A DNA stretch of 64,000 bases from Albugo candida. Lineage: Eukaryota. Where the stretch lies: positions 620,001-684,000 of the forward strand of contig JBDOQK010000006.1 in NCBI GenBank assembly GCA_040437565.1, written 5' to 3'. The notes beneath the pieces are model-generated. The model had not been told where the DNA came from. It did no database searches and was given only the letters and a program-made list of their open reading frames with translations. Both the position numbers and the translations under genes were made by a program. Positions 60,456 to 64,000 of the stretch are shown piece after piece. Numbering within the stretch: the stretch's first letter is position 1; each line of letters begins with the position of its first letter.

Positions 60456-61355
60456 GAGAATGGCCGAGTTTCATATCCTATCTACCATATACCCAATCAT
60501 GATCCGAACTCATCTGGCGGCCATCCTGACAATATTATTTTTCCAACTTGTGATGCTTATGGACTGTTGTTACCGGTGTTTCGTTTAGGCAAAGAACAAG
60601 CCATGTATCATTTTCTGTCAGGATACACTGCAAAGGTAGCAGGTACGGAACGAGGTATCTCGGAGCCAACAGCCACATTCAGCGCCTGTTTTGGAGCAGC
60701 ATTCTTGCCGCTACATCCGACAAGATATGCAGACCTATTGCANNNNNNNNNNNNNNNNNNNNNNNNNNNNNNNNNNNNNNNNNNNNNNNNNNNNNNNNNN
60801 NNNNNNNNNNNNNNNNNNNNNNNNNNNNNNNNNNNNNNNNNNTCGTTTAGGCAAAGAACAAGCCATGTATCATTTTCTGTCAGGATACACTGCAAAGGTA
60901 GCAGGTACGGAACGAGGTATCTCGGAGCCAACAGCCACATTCAGCGCCTGTTTTGGAGCAGCATTCTTGCCGCTACATCCGACAAGATATGCAGACCTAT
61001 TGCAGTGCAAGCTAGAACAACACAAGACTTCAGTATTCTTAGGCGACACAGGTTGGACTGGCGGGAGTCACGGAAAATGTAAGCGGATAAGTATAAAAGA
61101 TACCCGGGCTTGCATCGAAGTAAATCTGGATGGATTAATTCACGATCAGAAATTAGCCAAGACCCGATATTCGGATTCGAGGTACCTCAAACGCCTGGCC
61201 AAATCTGATCGACTATATTGAATCGAAGAAAAGCTTCGTCAAACGCAGCAGAGTACTACGAAACTGCTCGGAAATTGGCAAACATGATCCAAAAGAATTA
61301 CAAGAAGTATATCCCTAAAAATCACACAGACTATTCAATGTATGGGCCTAGCTAG
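60456..61355 (+). pseudogene. 5'-truncated PEPCK (ATP) duplicate: C-terminal third only, frameshifted
   Basis: Starts abruptly at gagaatggccgagtt (ENGRVSYP) and is near-identical to the minus strand of 12091-12376, with missense changes (NNIIFLT to [15 protein letters not shown] to GLLLPVFR). Continues [11 protein letters not shown], then a frameshift before DPIFGFEVP, an in-frame TGA, and ends ...DYSMYGPS*. Confidence 0.9.
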
Positions 61356-61399
61356 ATCCATGCACTATCTTGAGTCAATATATGCATTTTTCTTGGGAC

Positions 61400-63900
61400 C
61401 TCTTTGATCTTCGTATGATGATATTCAGTAAAGAGATGTAGAAGCTGGGGATGATCAAGAAACCTATACAAGCTTCGTAGCACATGATAGCAAGCATCAT
61501 CTCCAGTTGATTGCACGTTAATCATCCACTTCCATTTTGATGCACTCCTTAAGATGTCGGCCTCATAGCTCGCCAAATGTGGCAATGTCGTGATAAACCA
61601 CAAATACCCACGAGAACATCATCGGAAAATCTATAACGGCAACTGCTGCATGCACCACGGAATATCGCACTTTTCGGTATCCAAATCGAGCAATGATAAG
61701 CCATAAGACTCAAGCTCAATATCCTAATATTTCGCTTTTGGCTCTCGCAGTTGTCATCGCTTTGTTCGCAATGCAAATATACATGATTTCCAAACTCGAC
61801 CATCAAATGCTCTCACTCACACATTCGCCAAGCTCTTGTAAGATATATATACATTCTCCATCTCTATCGTTCCAAAATCATAATAATTGATATAATCCAC
61901 AAGGTCTGAGGGTGTAGATGTGCCCAAGATACCATACCAAGGCTGTAGCGATACTTGATTCATCTAAACGTTTTTGAGATGGCTACGGATTGTCGGGCTC
62001 CCGTTTCTTTATATATCTCTGTCTTCCGATCTTGCTCAAACATGCTATCCTCTTGTTAGTCGACATGTCTGGTTTGCACAAAGCTGTATCCTGTACCATC
62101 GCATGTTTCCTATAATTTCATAATCAGATAAATTTGAAGAGTTTCTTGGAGATGTGCCAACGTACGACTCTGAATCACTGCAATCGGTTCGTACTCGAAT
62201 GTATTTCATTGGCTTGTATAACCACATTGTATGCATCTCAAAATGAATGATAAATTGGTCGGGTACACGATTTGACTCCTGTGAAACCTGTTCTGACCAT
62301 ATCGAACTCATTTGTACAACCACAAGTGACGCTAATTTGATCAGTCGATTAATCACATTGATAGTAGACCAGCATTTATCGCAATTGCGCATAGAAGTCG
62401 TTTTCGCAAACTTGACCATGATCATCCATCTGAACTGCTTACCCTTCAAAGAATCCATAGGTCGACCATGTACACAGTGATACAGGTAGAATGCGAAAAA
62501 AGGTCCTGAACAAGTGGCGTTCCTGCTACATTCACTTTGCTTTCCTGAATAAAATCTTCAAGCGCTTCTTGTTCACCTCTGAATAAATAATAGATGTTCT
62601 TCAGTTTGGATTCAACATCTCCACATACCTATGAGAAGCGTATCCTGATCATAAGCAACATCTTGCAGTAGGGGCTCTATATCTGAAATCCAGATGTGCT
62701 CCCTAGTGTATCCATGTAATTCATATCTTTACTTTGTCTGCTGCTTCGCTTTACTTTCAAACTATCATGTATTATCGTAATAACGCACGCCTTCTGGNNN
62801 NNNNNNNNNNNNNNNNNNNNNNNNNNNNNNNNNNNNNNNNNNNNNNNNNNNNNNNNNNNNNNNNNNNNNNNNNNNNNNNNNNNNNNNNNNNNNNNNNTGC
62901 GTTGACGGCTTACTTCCAGCTGGTTGTTGAGTTCTTGAACGTTCGCTTTGAGTATACCAATTTGTTGACTGGCGCTTCGAAGTTGAGTCGTCTTCGCCTC
63001 GAGGGAGCGCGACAACTGGACGTTCTCTTTTTTCAGTTGCGCTAATTCTCTCAGCCGCGGTTGGTTTCCGATGTTGGAGCTGCCGGCATTGCTGGAATTC
63101 CTGTCGCGTTCGACACCGTAGACACCCTTGCACCGGAAGCCGATGCCACGCGCGCACCCACACGCACTATTGGGCCATTGACACGAGTCGCTGTTGGAGA
63201 TGCTCGTGGACTTGATACGATTTGTCGAGTTGACGTCGTCCTTGATGCATGAGCAGGGTTGATCCGCGCCACATTGGCCGTCGTCGCATATCTGAGGACG
63301 TTAGTTCGCAATGTTGATGTCGCTGTTGACGGGCGCTTTTTTTTTTAAAACAAAAAAAAATATTATTTATTTTTTTATTAAAAAAAAAATTCCGTCGACA
63401 CATATCGACCCGACCTCTGAAGTCTCTTAGCACGATTCTGCATGCTGTTTGGAGACATTGGCTTTGCTAAAAGGCCGCGCTTACTACCGATTGGAGTCAG
63501 ACTCAAAGGCGGAATTAGCGGGTAAGACGTTATCAATGTGTACATCCACTTTTGTGTGTCTTTTGCGATGAGTGATTTGATGCAAAGGATACACAGAAGT
63601 GGATGCACGCATGCATGGTTGTGTAGTAAATTGCAAAGTACGTTACATTATCTTAGGTCCTAAGTTCGCCGATCAGTTATTCTTAGCCTTTCACGTTTAA
63701 TCCAATAGGATTACAATCCGATCATATCCTCAGATAATCCATCCGACTTTAGATGCGCCACATAAACTTGCAGCAGCATCGCCAACACATTCATTACGTG
63801 TAACCCCTCCATTATAATGGCTATCTTGAAATATGGCGGCAGGTCGCACCGTGTGGCAAAAAACAGTGGCTATGTGGATATGCGGGTCGTATGAAAATAC
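61400..63900 (-). repeat. Repeated cassette copy C (most complete): upstream element, Thr/Arg-rich + coiled-coil ORF, degenerate Cys-containing WLYKP ORF
   Basis: Homologous to 44784-46111, 53791-54816 and, inverted, 11815-11990. ORFs 63051-63311 and 62898-63050 are joined by a frameshift. Confidence 0.8.
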
Positions 63901-64000
63901 TTCGTGTAGATTTCATAAAAATAATTAAGTAACACGGCTACAATGCAATTGAAGGGAATATGAACATTTGGATGCATAATGTATACTACATATTTATTTA

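Noticed and set aside
60567..61221. A second functional PEPCK gene
   Set aside because: Lacks the N-terminal two-thirds and carries missense changes at conserved sites, a frameshift and a stop.
63337..63392. AT-rich imperfect palindrome (poly-T / poly-A runs)
   Set aside because: Low complexity and not conserved in the homologous copy at about 45740-45770; may be low-quality sequence.

Overview
Eukaryotic, intron-containing DNA from an oomycete. Evidence: a FYVE-GAF protein, an oomycete-style Copia element, flagellar genes AHI1 and dynein, a very compact layout and 50-60 nt introns; Albugo is my best guess but is only an inference. The assembly is fragmented: 16 runs of about 100 N, 11 of them flanked by near-identical direct duplications (contig-overlap or haplotype artefacts). 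Bases 1 to about 43.9 kb are gene-dense: VPS34 (missed by the ORF track), FYVE-GAF protein, an acidic coiled-coil protein, patatin-like lipase, AHI1/jouberin, ATP-dependent PEPCK, stand-alone ATCase, a 1716-aa IQ/B-box protein, myotubularin, an EGF/Calx-beta/filamin/PA14 protein, CBP/p300 HAT, LTO1 (missed by the ORF track; needs a GC-AG intron), a RAD51 paralog and RPL35. From about 44.3 kb to the end the window is gene-sparse. It holds a decayed Copia LTR element with intact TSD, an alpha/beta-hydrolase pseudogene, and dead fragments of dynein, LRR and PEPCK genes. It also holds a candidate secreted RXL-like effector and several copies of an unexplained multi-part cassette (conserved upstream element, coiled-coil ORF, degenerate 'WLYKP' ORF) that sits beside host-gene fragments. 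That cassette is the most novel-looking signal. No rRNA, tRNA or CRISPR array was seen.
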